A stretch of DNA of 64,000 nt from Candidatus Saccharimonadota bacterium (GCA_017557865.1 JAFYXW010000006.1:21553-85552); one strand, 5' to 3'. Shown: positions 1 through 9,047, counted from the first letter of the stretch. The notes: generated from the letters alone by a model not told the origin. Numbers and translations are program-made.

Positions 1-1
1 C

Positions 2-772
2 GAAAAATTGTTAGAAAAATCTGGACTTGATGCCAAGAATTCGTATAAGATTGTTAACTCGATCAGTCCAGAATTACAACTAGTACGTCAATCTATTGTT
101 CCGAGCCTACTTGATAAAGCTTTTGTAAACCAAAAGATTCCATATAACGAATTCGCGCTTTATGAAATTAATAAAGTTTACCAAAAAGAGTGGGGTATGG
201 ATTCTGAAAATGTACCAGTAGAAAAATCACGGATGGGTATGGTTTTGGCTGAAAGAAAAACTGTTGGTACAGCGTATTATAAAGCAAAGTATTTTGTAGA
301 AAGATTGCTTGCCGAGCTAAACATTAAGCCAGAATTTAAACCATTGTCGGTGAACGCTCCAGAAGCTAAGCCATTCGAAAAGAAACGTGCAGCCGAGATT
401 TATGCCGGTGAAGATTTGATTGGTATTGTTGGCGAATTTAAGAATAAAGTTAGAAATAATTTTAAGCTTGCAGAATTTTTGGCTGGGTTTGAACTTGATT
501 TTGATAAGTTGGTAGAACTTGCCAAGCCAACGCGTGAAGTAAACATTGTTAGCGAGAAAGAAAAACGCGATTTAACTGTGGCTACAAATAAAACCTACAA
601 AGAGCTAACCGAAAAAATTAAAAAGATTTTGGCCGAGAATAATGTGGAAGCCGAGATTAGCCCAGTTTCGATTTATCAGCCAGATAATTCGGATGTCAAA
701 AATATTTCTGTGCACTTAGAATTTGCCGAGAAAATTGACGACCAGCTAATGGCAAAACTTGAAGCAATATAA
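2..772 (+). CDS. pheT: Phenylalanine--tRNA ligase beta subunit, C-terminal part (5' end lies outside the window)
   Basis: The reading frame is open to the window edge. It has a PheT-like core (…FALYEINKVY…) and a C-terminal ferredoxin-fold anticodon-binding-like tail (RDLTV…KNISVHLEF). Confidence 0.8.
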   Translation, partial: EKLLEKSGLDAKNSYKIVNSISPELQLVRQSIVPSLLDKAFVNQKIPYNEFALYEINKVYQKEWGMDSENVPVEKSRMGMVLAERKTVGTAYYKAKYFVERLLAELNIKPEFKPLSVNAPEAKPFEKKRAAEIYAGEDLIGIVGEFKNKVRNNFKLAEFLAGFELDFDKLVELAKPTREVNIVSEKEKRDLTVATNKTYKELTEKIKKILAENNVEAEISPVSIYQPDNSDVKNISVHLEFAEKIDDQLMAKLEAI

Positions 773-794
773 TTTTGTGTTTTTATCATGATTA

Positions 795-812
795 TGCTAA
801 AATAGGGTTATG
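795..812 (+). promoter_or_regulatory. Extended -10 box abutting the ftsE start (leaderless-type)
   Basis: TGcTAAAAT (795-803), 6 nt, ATG at 810. Confidence 0.55.
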
Positions 813-1577
813 ATTTTGCTTGACTCTGTCACAAAAAAATACCCAGGGGATAGCGCACCGGCGCTAGACTCGATATCTTTGCATATAGAACCAAATGAGT
901 TTGCGTTTTTAGTCGGTAAGTCTGGTGCGGGTAAATCTACTTTCATTAAGATGATTACTAAGGAAGAAATCCCGGACTCCGGTAAGATTATTGTTGGTGG
1001 GATTGATCTTGATTATGTAAAGAAGCGTCATATTCCGGGCTACCGCAGACGCCTTGGTGTGGTGTTTCAGGACTTTAAACTTTTGCCAAGACGTACCGTC
1101 TACGAAAACGTTGCTTTTGCGCTTGAAATTGCTGGCATGAGCAGCAAAGAGATTAGGAAAACTGTGCCAAAAGTTTTGGAACTCGTAGATCTTTTGGACC
1201 AAGCTAAGAAATTCCCAAGTCAACTTTCTGGTGGTCAACAACAGCGCGTATCGATTGCGCGATCAGTGGCAAGGCAACCAAAGATTTTGATCGCCGATGA
1301 GCCTACGGCTAACTTGGACAAACTTACTACGCAGGAAATTATTGATCTCCTAAAGAAGATTAACGATTTTGGTACGACGGTTCTTGTATCTACGCATGAC
1401 GAAAGCATTGTAAACACTTTGCAAAAACGCGTAATTACGTTGAAAGATGGCAAGATCGTAAGCGATCAAAAGAATAATGGTATTTATAAGTTGGATGAGG
1501 CGCCAGTGCCAAAAGCGCCAAGTAGAATCGTGCAGACTCCAGGGCATGCTTTAAAAACAAAAAAGAAGGTGATGTAA
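810..1577 (+). CDS. ftsE: Cell division ATP-binding protein FtsE
   Basis: Walker A GKSGAGKST, ABC signature LSGGQQQRV, Walker B ILIADEPT. It is directly followed by (abutting) an FtsX-like permease. Confidence 0.9.
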   Translation: MILLDSVTKKYPGDSAPALDSISLHIEPNEFAFLVGKSGAGKSTFIKMITKEEIPDSGKIIVGGIDLDYVKKRHIPGYRRRLGVVFQDFKLLPRRTVYENVAFALEIAGMSSKEIRKTVPKVLELVDLLDQAKKFPSQLSGGQQQRVSIARSVARQPKILIADEPTANLDKLTTQEIIDLLKKINDFGTTVLVSTHDESIVNTLQKRVITLKDGKIVSDQKNNGIYKLDEAPVPKAPSRIVQTPGHALKTKKKVM

Positions 1578-2618
1578 ATGACGGAAAAAGAGATTTCACA
1601 AAAGGAAAAAGATCGTTCTCTTAAAAAGGCCGCGAAAAAAGGCCTAAAGACGATGCGAAAAACTAAGGCAAGCCACCCAGTGCGTAATGGCGCTAGAATC
1701 TTGAAGTATGGCACCAGTGGCTTTACTAGGAATATTTGGCTATCTTCTGCTGCTACGATCGTGATGTCATTTACACTGATTATTTTGTTTGTAACGGTGG
1801 TGGCAAGTGTTATCCTCACTAATACTGCTGACATGATGCGCGAAAAAATTGATATTACGATTTACTTTAAGCCAAATACATCTGAAGAGGTATTGGAAAA
1901 ATTAACCGTAATTATCAAAACAGATAGTAATACTAAGACAGTCGATACTTCTACGTCTGAAGAAGAATATGAAAAGTTTTTGGCAGAAAATGCTGATAGC
2001 GAAGAAATCATTAATGTGCTAGACGAAGACATGAAAAAGTTGATGATTTCTAAGATGCAATCGACGATGCGGATTAAGGTGCACGATGTAGATAATTTGG
2101 ATAGCATTAAAAAACTCGTTGAATCTGATGCAACATTTAAACGTTATATTGATCTAGAAAAAGCACCGACCTATGACGTAAACCAAGCAGAGATTGCCAC
2201 AATTACGTCTTGGGCAAGGATCGCTCGTACGGGTGGTATTATCTTGGCGGTGATTTTCTTGGTAGTATCAGTGCTTATTATCTTTAGTACGATTAGGATG
2301 GCAATTTTCTCACGACGTGAAGAGATTTACATGATGAAACTTGTTGGTGCGGACAAAGGATTTATCCGCGGGCCGTTTTTGGTAGAGGCGGAAATCTGTG
2401 GTGTGGTAGCTGGCGTGATTGCGGCTACGGCGAGCTATTTCTTATTCATGTTCTTTGCACCAAAACTATCCAACTACGGTATTAACGTAGACGCAATTAT
2501 AGATATTTTGGAATCCAACAAATTGATTTTGGTCTATTTGGTCTTTATAGGGCTAGGGATTATCGTGGGCAGAGTCTCGGCTTGGCTGGCGGTATCTAAA
2601 TATCTACGTAAGATGTAG
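1578..2618 (+). CDS. ftsX: Cell division permease-like protein FtsX
   Basis: Its start abuts the ftsE stop. It has an N-terminal TM, a large extracytoplasmic loop and three C-terminal TMs of FtsX type (…MKLVGADKGFIRGPFLVE…). Confidence 0.85.
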   Translation: MTEKEISQKEKDRSLKKAAKKGLKTMRKTKASHPVRNGARILKYGTSGFTRNIWLSSAATIVMSFTLIILFVTVVASVILTNTADMMREKIDITIYFKPNTSEEVLEKLTVIIKTDSNTKTVDTSTSEEEYEKFLAENADSEEIINVLDEDMKKLMISKMQSTMRIKVHDVDNLDSIKKLVESDATFKRYIDLEKAPTYDVNQAEIATITSWARIARTGGIILAVIFLVVSVLIIFSTIRMAIFSRREEIYMMKLVGADKGFIRGPFLVEAEICGVVAGVIAATASYFLFMFFAPKLSNYGINVDAIIDILESNKLILVYLVFIGLGIIVGRVSAWLAVSKYLRKM

Positions 2619-2634
2619 TATCCTATAAAAATTA

Positions 2635-2652
2635 TGGTATAATATAATTATG
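2635..2652 (+). promoter_or_regulatory. Extended -10 box abutting the CHAP-hydrolase start (leaderless-type)
   Basis: TGgTATAAT (2635-2643), 6 nt, ATG at 2650. Confidence 0.55.
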
Positions 2653-3810
2653 GTAATGTTTACAAAAACACAAAGCAAAAAGATTTTCTTAAGTGTGATT
2701 GTTATGCTATTTATAGCTTTGCCGATTTTTGCGGATATTATGATGATAGACAATGCCACTGGTATTTCTAGGGCTTGTCAGAATAGCCCAGCCTGTAGGG
2801 AAGCAGCAGCAAGAGAGCAAGAAGCTAGCAGAAACGCCATGAATGCAAATAGTACAGCGAGCCTTTTCCAATCTAAGGTAAATGAGCTCAATTCGCAGAT
2901 CGCTAGTATGGAGCGTGTGATTTTGGATACGCAGGCGCAAGTGAACGAGCTTAATAAGCAAATTAAAGAAACTGAAGCAAAATTAAATAGTGAACGCGAA
3001 GCCTTGGCAGAACTTTTGATTAATATGCACTTTGAAGGTGATGCTGAGCCGATTACAATTCTGGCGGGTTCAAATTCGATTTCGGACTTAGCTGAAAAGC
3101 AAGCGCGCAACGAAGTGGTGAAGCAGCAAATTAGTGCAACGGCCGAAAATATTAAAGCTACTAAAGAAAAACTCGAAGCCGATAAGGCAGAAGTAGAAGC
3201 ACTCCTAGAACAACAACAATCAGCTAAGGCTGAGTTAGAATCTAAACGTACCGAACAACAGAACTTGGTGGCAAAGTATAAAAATGATGCGGCAGCTTAT
3301 GCAGCAGCAGCTAAAGCAGCGATGGAAGCACAGCGTGCGGCAGAGCGGGCCGAGAAGGAAGCTCACCCAGAACTTTATGGTGGTAGTACTTATGTTGGTA
3401 TCAATACTTATCCATATCAAGCCGACTGTCCACAAATGCAAGATATGTATATGACCGTAGGTGGCTATGTCTGTGAATGTGTAAGCTATGTTGGTTGGAA
3501 AGTTTATGAATATTATGGTTTGTCCTTGGCTTGGGGTAACGCGAACGACTGGGACGAGTACGCTAGAGTTTATGGTTACCGTGTAGATAGAACGCCAGAA
3601 GCTGGTGCGGTCGGCCAAGACAACGGCTATCCTTATGGCCACGTATTCTGGGTAGAAGAAGTAAATGCCGACGGCTCGATTAATATTACCGAATATAATA
3701 ACCCTTACTCGTCTGGGCTTTATTCTGGAAATTATCGTGAGGGTGACTTTGGTGCTCGTACGATTAGCGCTGGCGAGGTGGGTTCCCACAACTATATACA
3801 TCTGCGATAA
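2650..3810 (+). CDS. Secreted coiled-coil + CHAP-domain peptidoglycan hydrolase (PcsB-like architecture)
   Basis: N-terminal TM/signal, a long heptad-rich Q/E/A/K segment, and a C-terminal CHAP-like domain with Cys (VCECVSYVGWKV) and His (GHVFWVEEV). Confidence 0.75.
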   Translation: MVMFTKTQSKKIFLSVIVMLFIALPIFADIMMIDNATGISRACQNSPACREAAAREQEASRNAMNANSTASLFQSKVNELNSQIASMERVILDTQAQVNELNKQIKETEAKLNSEREALAELLINMHFEGDAEPITILAGSNSISDLAEKQARNEVVKQQISATAENIKATKEKLEADKAEVEALLEQQQSAKAELESKRTEQQNLVAKYKNDAAAYAAAAKAAMEAQRAAERAEKEAHPELYGGSTYVGINTYPYQADCPQMQDMYMTVGGYVCECVSYVGWKVYEYYGLSLAWGNANDWDEYARVYGYRVDRTPEAGAVGQDNGYPYGHVFWVEEVNADGSINITEYNNPYSSGLYSGNYREGDFGARTISAGEVGSHNYIHLR

Positions 3811-3816
3811 AGTTTG

Positions 3817-3834
3817 TGCTATAATTAAAAAATG
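3817..3834 (+). promoter_or_regulatory. Extended -10 box abutting the Ctp protease start (leaderless-type)
   Basis: TGcTATAAT (3817-3825), 6 nt, ATG at 3832. Confidence 0.55.
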
Positions 3835-5013
3835 GAGTGGAAAGAAAAGAAGACTAGTCTTGGCAACGCCATTATTATTGGCGTTTCTTTAGCGATACTT
3901 GGGGTAGTAATTGGTGCAAATTGGAACGCTATATTCGGTAAGTTTGCTCCATATCTTGGTTTTAATGATTTTAGCGAAAGTGTTGACTGGTCGCCATTAA
4001 ACGAAGTTTATAATAAACTCGCAGCTACTTATAATGGCGAGATTTCTGATGCTGATATTATCGAGGGCGCTAAGAGGGGTATGGTAGAAGCGCTTGGTGA
4101 TAAATATACGGTCTACATGAATGCAGAGAAGAGCACAGATTTTTATAATGATCTGCATGGCAATGTGGGGTCTGGTATTGGCATAGAAATGGGGCTTCGT
4201 GATGGCTATGTAAGAGTGCTTAGAACTTTGCCGGACAATCCAGCTAAAAAAGCGGGGATTTTGGCCGGGGATATTATTTATAAGGTAGATGGTGAGGAAG
4301 TTTGGGCGTTAGATGCAGATGAAATTGCTAGTCGTGTGCGCGGTGAAACTGGCACAGAAGTAACTGTGACAGTGGTACGTGATGGCGAAGAAAAATCTTT
4401 CACAATGAAGCGTGAAACTATTAACAATGTTTCGGCTTATGTAGATTACGATGGCAAGACGGCAATCGTGACGGTAACAAGGTTCGATAATAATACTGGC
4501 ACAATGGTGCAAGATTTTGCAAGTGAATTTAATTCTAAGGGCGTAAATAAGGTGATTTTGGACCTTCGTGATAATGGTGGTGGGTATGTGAGTGCGGCAC
4601 AAGATTTACTAAGCTTGTGGCTTGATGGGCAAAAGATTTTGGAACAAAAATCACTGCACTATGGCAACACCACTACGAGTACATCGGCCGGTAAAGCAAT
4701 CCTGAAAGATATGAAGACAATAGTACTTGTAAATGGCTCGACGGCTTCGGCGAGTGAAATCGTGGCGGGAGCTTTGCAAGATTACGAAAAAGCGACAATT
4801 GTGGGCGAACAGACATATGGCAAAGGTGTAGTACAAAACCTCTTTGATCTTTCTGGTGGTGCAACCCTAAAAGTCACTACGGCCGAGTGGTATACGCCAA
4901 ATGACAGGTCTATTAATGGCGACGGTATTACTCCGGATATCGAAGTGAAGCGTAGCTATGAAGATATTAATTCGATGCGTGATCCACAAATGAAAAAAGC
5001 AAAGGAACTATAA
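3832..5013 (+). CDS. Carboxy-terminal processing protease (peptidase S41) with PDZ domain
   Basis: N-terminal TM, a PDZ-like segment (PAKKAGILAGDIIYKVDG) and an S41 core (VLVNGSTASASEIVAGALQD…TYGKG). Confidence 0.85.
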   Translation: MEWKEKKTSLGNAIIIGVSLAILGVVIGANWNAIFGKFAPYLGFNDFSESVDWSPLNEVYNKLAATYNGEISDADIIEGAKRGMVEALGDKYTVYMNAEKSTDFYNDLHGNVGSGIGIEMGLRDGYVRVLRTLPDNPAKKAGILAGDIIYKVDGEEVWALDADEIASRVRGETGTEVTVTVVRDGEEKSFTMKRETINNVSAYVDYDGKTAIVTVTRFDNNTGTMVQDFASEFNSKGVNKVILDLRDNGGGYVSAAQDLLSLWLDGQKILEQKSLHYGNTTTSTSAGKAILKDMKTIVLVNGSTASASEIVAGALQDYEKATIVGEQTYGKGVVQNLFDLSGGATLKVTTAEWYTPNDRSINGDGITPDIEVKRSYEDINSMRDPQMKKAKEL

Positions 5014-6260
5014 TGAGAATTGTAATTGCTACCGCGGTTTACTATCCAATGATTAACGGGGTAGCAGTATTTTCGCACAATCTTGCAATGGGATTAGCAA
5101 AACGCGGGCACGAAGTAATGGTGATTTGCCCGAGTCAAACTGGCAAAAACTATACGCGTACAGAAGACGGCGTAAAAGTTGCGCATTTAAAATCTATCGA
5201 AATTAAAGTTTATCCGGATCAGATTCATGATGTGCCACCAAAAAAGAGGCTTTTTGGCCGTGAATTGCCGCGGGTATTTTATAAGGATAGTTTTAGGGTA
5301 TCAGCGTTTCCTGCGCGGGAAGTTAGAAGAGTCTTAAACAGTTTTCGCCCAGACATAGTACATGTACAAGTGTCCGATCCGATTGGCCTTTCGGTGGTTT
5401 CATATGCGCGCAAAAAGAATATTCCAGTAGTAACAACCGAACATAATCAACCAGAAGTTTTAACCGACCCTTTGAAGATGCCGGGCGTGATTAAAAAGCC
5501 GGTAAATGCGGTGCTTTCCAGTTATTTTAGGAGCAGGCAGAATAAAAGTGACTTTGTAACAATGCCAACACAGCGGGCGATTGATCATTTGACTGCTGGG
5601 CATAAGTTTGATGCCCCGATTGTGGCCGTATCGAATGGTGTAGATATTTCTGATTTTAAACCGGGCAAAGCTGCGGCTAGGATTTATAAAAAATATGGTT
5701 TGCCAAATAATAAACCGATTGTTTTATATGTAGGCAGGGTGGACCCAGAAAAGAAGGTGGGGTTGGTGCTTTCGGCCTTCAAAAAGACTTTGGAAGAAGT
5801 GCCGGATGCGGTGCTGGTAATAGTGGGTGATGGCGTGGATAAAATTCGCTTAGGAAGCGAGGCTTCTAGACTAGGGATTGGCATGAACGTTAGATTCCTA
5901 GGTAGAGTAATGCCACCAGACTTATACGAAGTATATAAAATAGGCGATGTTTTTGCGACAGCGAGTGAAATCGAGACACAAGGCATTGTATTAATCGAGG
6001 CAGCGGCGACAGGCTTGCCGTTAATTGCTGTAAATAAGGGTGCTGTAGCGGAAGTCTGCAAAAATGACGAGAACGGGTTTTTGTGTAAACCTGGGGACGT
6101 AAAAGCAATTAGTGAAGCGATGATTAAAATTTTGACCGATAAGAAACTCCGCGAGAAATTTAGCAAGAAATCGATCGAAATTGCCTCAGAACACGACTTT
6201 AATAAGACCCTGGATCGATTTATAAATATATATAATATAGTATTGCGCCCAAAATCTTGA
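5013..6260 (+). CDS. Glycosyltransferase family 4 (GT-B fold)
   Basis: GT4-type N-terminus (MRIVIATAVYYPMINGVAVF) and a C-terminal EX7E-like region (ASEIETQGIVLIEAAATGLP). Confidence 0.8.
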   Translation: MRIVIATAVYYPMINGVAVFSHNLAMGLAKRGHEVMVICPSQTGKNYTRTEDGVKVAHLKSIEIKVYPDQIHDVPPKKRLFGRELPRVFYKDSFRVSAFPAREVRRVLNSFRPDIVHVQVSDPIGLSVVSYARKKNIPVVTTEHNQPEVLTDPLKMPGVIKKPVNAVLSSYFRSRQNKSDFVTMPTQRAIDHLTAGHKFDAPIVAVSNGVDISDFKPGKAAARIYKKYGLPNNKPIVLYVGRVDPEKKVGLVLSAFKKTLEEVPDAVLVIVGDGVDKIRLGSEASRLGIGMNVRFLGRVMPPDLYEVYKIGDVFATASEIETQGIVLIEAAATGLPLIAVNKGAVAEVCKNDENGFLCKPGDVKAISEAMIKILTDKKLREKFSKKSIEIASEHDFNKTLDRFINIYNIVLRPKS

Positions 6261-6308
6261 AACTAAGAGTTAGGTGTGATATGATAAGGAGTAGTTATAA
6301 GAGGTATT

Positions 6309-7742
6309 ATGCATTTTAAGACTATTTTCAAATCCCTAAAAAATAAAGACATGCTGAAGAGAGTTCTGATTATTTTTGGTATTCTTGTTGCCTATAGACT
6401 TCTCGCGCAAATTCCAGTGCCAATGGGGAATGCAGCTACCTTTAAAGAAGCCGTATCGAATCTTTTGGAAAAGTCTGACTTCTCGAACTTCCTCAATTTG
6501 ATTTCTGGTGGTGGTTTGGCCTCGTTTAGCATTATTTTGGTAGGTCTTTCACCATATATCACTGGTTCTATCGTGATACAACTTTTGACTAAGGCAGTTC
6601 CGCGTCTAGAAGAGCTTTCTAACGATGGCGAGACTGGCCGTCGCAAGATTAATCAGTGGACTCGCATGCTTACAGTGCCACTAGCAATTGTGCAGTCTAT
6701 CGCTTATATCTTTATTTTGTATCAATCAACGATTTCGGCTAACGTGGCTACAGAATTTACCCCTACCTTTAACGATTGGGCTTTGTCGGTTACGGCAATG
6801 ACGGCCGGTTCAGTAATTCTTATGTGGATGGGCGAACTTATTACAGAGCAAGGTATTGGTAACGGTATCTCTACCCTTATCTTTGCTTCGATCGTGTCGC
6901 AACTTCCTACTACCATGGCTTCGCTCGGCGCAGCGTTGTTCGACACTTCTGCCGGCACTTTGAACTTGTTTGGTTGGCTGGAACTTCCTGTAAATCCAAC
7001 CGTTTTCTGGATTGTAGTTGGTTTTGCTATTGCAATGCTAGTAGTGATTTACTTCTTGGTAAAGTTGAACGAAGCACAGCGGATTATTACTATTAATTAC
7101 GCAAAGCGCGTACATGGTAATTCGTCTTATGGCGGGATTAAATCGATTTTGCCAATTAAGTTGATTGCAGCAGGTGTGATCCCAGTGATTTTTGCTACAG
7201 CTTTCCTGTCTTTGCCGGCTTTGGTTGGTCAAGTGATCACTTCGGTAAATCCAGGTAACGAAGTTGGTACAATGCTTACTTCAGTATTTTCGGCACCATC
7301 AGCTAACAACTTTACCACGATGTATCCAAATGGTATCACTGGACAATGGTTTGTTTATCCAGCAATCTACTTCTTACTAGTGTTTGCGTTTACTTATTTC
7401 TATACTTCGATTATTTTTAATACCAAGGAAATTGCCGATAATCTGCAAAAGCAAGGTGGTTTTATTGAGGGCGTACGCCCAGGTATCAAGACGGCGGAAT
7501 ACCTCGGCAAAGTAGTAAATCGTCTCGATCTATTTGGCGCTCTTGCGCTTGGTCTTATTGCAATGTTGCCGTTTGCAACAGATTATGTATTTATCCTACT
7601 AACCGGCGCTCCACTTGGGCTTTCTATCTCTGGTACAGGGCTTCTAATCGTGGTTACAGTCGCGCTTGAGAACTTGAGGTCGGTGGACTCACGTGCGCTA
7701 ATGATAACTTATGACGATTTCAATAATGAGCTTGAAGATTAA
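6309..7742 (+). CDS. secY: Preprotein translocase subunit SecY
   Basis: A 477-aa polytopic protein with typical SecY motifs (…GGGLASFSIILVGLSPYITGSIVIQLL…, …KKQGGFIEGVRPG…). Confidence 0.93.
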   Translation: MHFKTIFKSLKNKDMLKRVLIIFGILVAYRLLAQIPVPMGNAATFKEAVSNLLEKSDFSNFLNLISGGGLASFSIILVGLSPYITGSIVIQLLTKAVPRLEELSNDGETGRRKINQWTRMLTVPLAIVQSIAYIFILYQSTISANVATEFTPTFNDWALSVTAMTAGSVILMWMGELITEQGIGNGISTLIFASIVSQLPTTMASLGAALFDTSAGTLNLFGWLELPVNPTVFWIVVGFAIAMLVVIYFLVKLNEAQRIITINYAKRVHGNSSYGGIKSILPIKLIAAGVIPVIFATAFLSLPALVGQVITSVNPGNEVGTMLTSVFSAPSANNFTTMYPNGITGQWFVYPAIYFLLVFAFTYFYTSIIFNTKEIADNLQKQGGFIEGVRPGIKTAEYLGKVVNRLDLFGALALGLIAMLPFATDYVFILLTGAPLGLSISGTGLLIVVTVALENLRSVDSRALMITYDDFNNELED

Positions 7743-8409
7743 GGGTTGGCGAAAAATTATTAGTTGGACTTTTTGGTCTATTTTGGCGATACTATTTTTG
7801 GTTTATTTTATTAGAGTAGCGACCTTTGAAGACGCTTATTACAGAGAAAAAGAAGGTAGCGAACGAGCAGAAACGGCAGCAATTGAAGAGGAGGTGGAAC
7901 TAATCGAAGAAAAGCCGTCCGAGACCGAAATTGCAGAATACATAGTAGCGGCAGACATGCCGCGATATTTAAGTGTCGCGAAACTCGGCGTTTCTAAGGC
8001 GCGAATTATTCCGGTTGGGATTAATATTAGTGGGGAACTGGGCACGCCGAATAATATTTTTGATACAGGGTGGTATGATGCGTCAGCTAAGCCTGGAACG
8101 GGCGGAACAATGCTTCTTGACGGGCATAATGGTGGGCCACATGTACACGGCATCTTTAAGGATCTGCCAACGCTTACAGCTGGAGATATTATAGAGATTG
8201 AGCGTGGAGATGGCACAGTCTTTAAATATTCAGTAGTGAAGAACGTAACGGTAGCTCTTTCTGATTCTGATGCCGAAATGACGACAGCAATGCATTCTCC
8301 AGAACCAGGGAAAGAATCTATCACGATAATCTCTTGTACGGGCGAATGGTCACAGACGCAAAGAACCTATCTTTCTAGGCAGTTTACATACGCAGTTATA
8401 GTAGAGTAA
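7711..8409 (+). CDS. Sortase-family transpeptidase-like protein (divergent)
   Basis: N-terminal TM and an acidic linker, then a His (LLDGHNG) … Cys (ITIISCTGEW) … Arg (SRQF) arrangement. It overlaps the secY 3' end by 32 nt; an alternative start is ATG 7726. Confidence 0.6.
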   Translation: MTISIMSLKIKGWRKIISWTFWSILAILFLVYFIRVATFEDAYYREKEGSERAETAAIEEEVELIEEKPSETEIAEYIVAADMPRYLSVAKLGVSKARIIPVGINISGELGTPNNIFDTGWYDASAKPGTGGTMLLDGHNGGPHVHGIFKDLPTLTAGDIIEIERGDGTVFKYSVVKNVTVALSDSDAEMTTAMHSPEPGKESITIISCTGEWSQTQRTYLSRQFTYAVIVE

Positions 8410-8423
8410 AATATAAGGTTTCT

Positions 8424-8498
8424 GGGGCCGCGTCCGGTCGGCCCATCGCCATGGGCGGCCGGCGCTAATTCTCGCGCTGCCGCGCTCCGAAATGCCCC
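8424..8498. repeat. GC-rich structured repeat, copy A (75 nt) nested in a copy-specific inverted repeat (8410-8514)
   Basis: GGGGCCGCGTCC…GGCGCTAATTCTCGCGCTGCCGCGCTCCGAAATGCCCC. The flanks AATATAAGGTTTCTGGGG / CCCCAAAAATCTTATATT are complementary at 16 of 18 positions. It starts 1 nt after the stop codon of the sortase-like gene. Confidence 0.8.
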
Positions 8499-8518
8499 AA
8501 AAATCTTATATTTTCCTC

Positions 8519-8547
8519 TTTACAAATATACATATATGTGCTACACT
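8519..8547 (+). promoter_or_regulatory. Candidate sigma-70-type promoter of the infA-…-rpsI operon
   Basis: -35 TTTACA (8519-8524), a 17-nt spacer ending in TGc, -10 TACACT (8542-8547); 13 nt to the infA ATG. Confidence 0.55.
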
Positions 8548-8560
8548 AGAAGGGTAATTT

Positions 8561-8785
8561 ATGGCTAGTCAAAAGGAAGTGATTAAGCTCACAGGCACTG
8601 TTGTTGAGGCATTGCCGAATACCCAGTTTCGGGTTGAACTCGAGAATGGTCATATTATTGTTGCCCATATGAGTGGACGCATGCGAAAAAACTATATTCG
8701 CCTCGTCCCGGGTGACAGAGTCGAAGTTGAGTTAACCCCTTACGATCTTACAAAGGGCAGAATCAGCTTTAGGCTCAAAGATTAA
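8561..8785 (+). CDS. infA: Translation initiation factor IF-1
   Basis: A 74-aa S1-like OB fold: …[43 protein letters not shown]…. Confidence 0.95.
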   Translation: MASQKEVIKLTGTVVEALPNTQFRVELENGHIIVAHMSGRMRKNYIRLVPGDRVEVELTPYDLTKGRISFRLKD

Positions 8786-8930
8786 TATTAAACATTTTAG
8801 GTTTAATGTTATGAATTTTAACCACTGTGAATAACAGAGGTAAAATTTGTAAAATCTTAATGTTATGATTTCGAAACACAACATTAAGATAGTTAAACTT
8901 AAAAATAATAGGAAAGGATATTTTGACACT

Positions 8931-9047
8931 ATGAAAGTACGTGCAAGTGTTAAAAAAATCTCCCCAGATGACATCATCGTTCGCCGCAAAGGTGTTCTTC
9001 GTGTCATCAACAAGAAAAAACCTAAAAATAAGCAAAGGCAGGGTTAA
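8931..9047 (+). CDS. rpmJ: 50S ribosomal protein L36
   Basis: The 38-aa [38 protein letters not shown], taken from the internal ATG of the 8865..9047 ORF. It is a non-zinc (Cys-less) form. Confidence 0.9.
   Translation: MKVRASVKKISPDDIIVRRKGVLRVINKKKPKNKQRQG

Noticed and set aside
3235-3801. Long antisense ORFs (e.g. 3235..3801-, 5684..6166-, 7839..8324-, 14563..15437+, 23289..23774-, 35043..35585-, 42365..42898-, 49864..50340+)
   Set aside because: Each lies entirely opposite a confidently identified, motif-bearing gene. They have low-complexity or odd composition and no start-site signals, so they are typical shadow ORFs.
8424-8498. GC-rich repeat as a tRNA, SRP (4.5S) RNA or other known small RNA
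   Set aside because: It cannot be folded into a cloverleaf: there is only a 5-bp terminal stem, no T-loop or anticodon arm, and no CCA. It lacks the SRP GGAA-tetraloop/symmetric-loop motifs. The presence of two copies with different flanks argues for a repeat family rather than a single-copy housekeeping RNA. An Rfam search is still needed.
8786-8930. Possible small ORFs or a riboswitch in the infA-rpmJ spacer
   Set aside because: Only trivial ORFs of up to 7 codons are present, and there are no conserved riboswitch-like GC-rich helices. I kept it only as a note within the operon-rearrangement finding.
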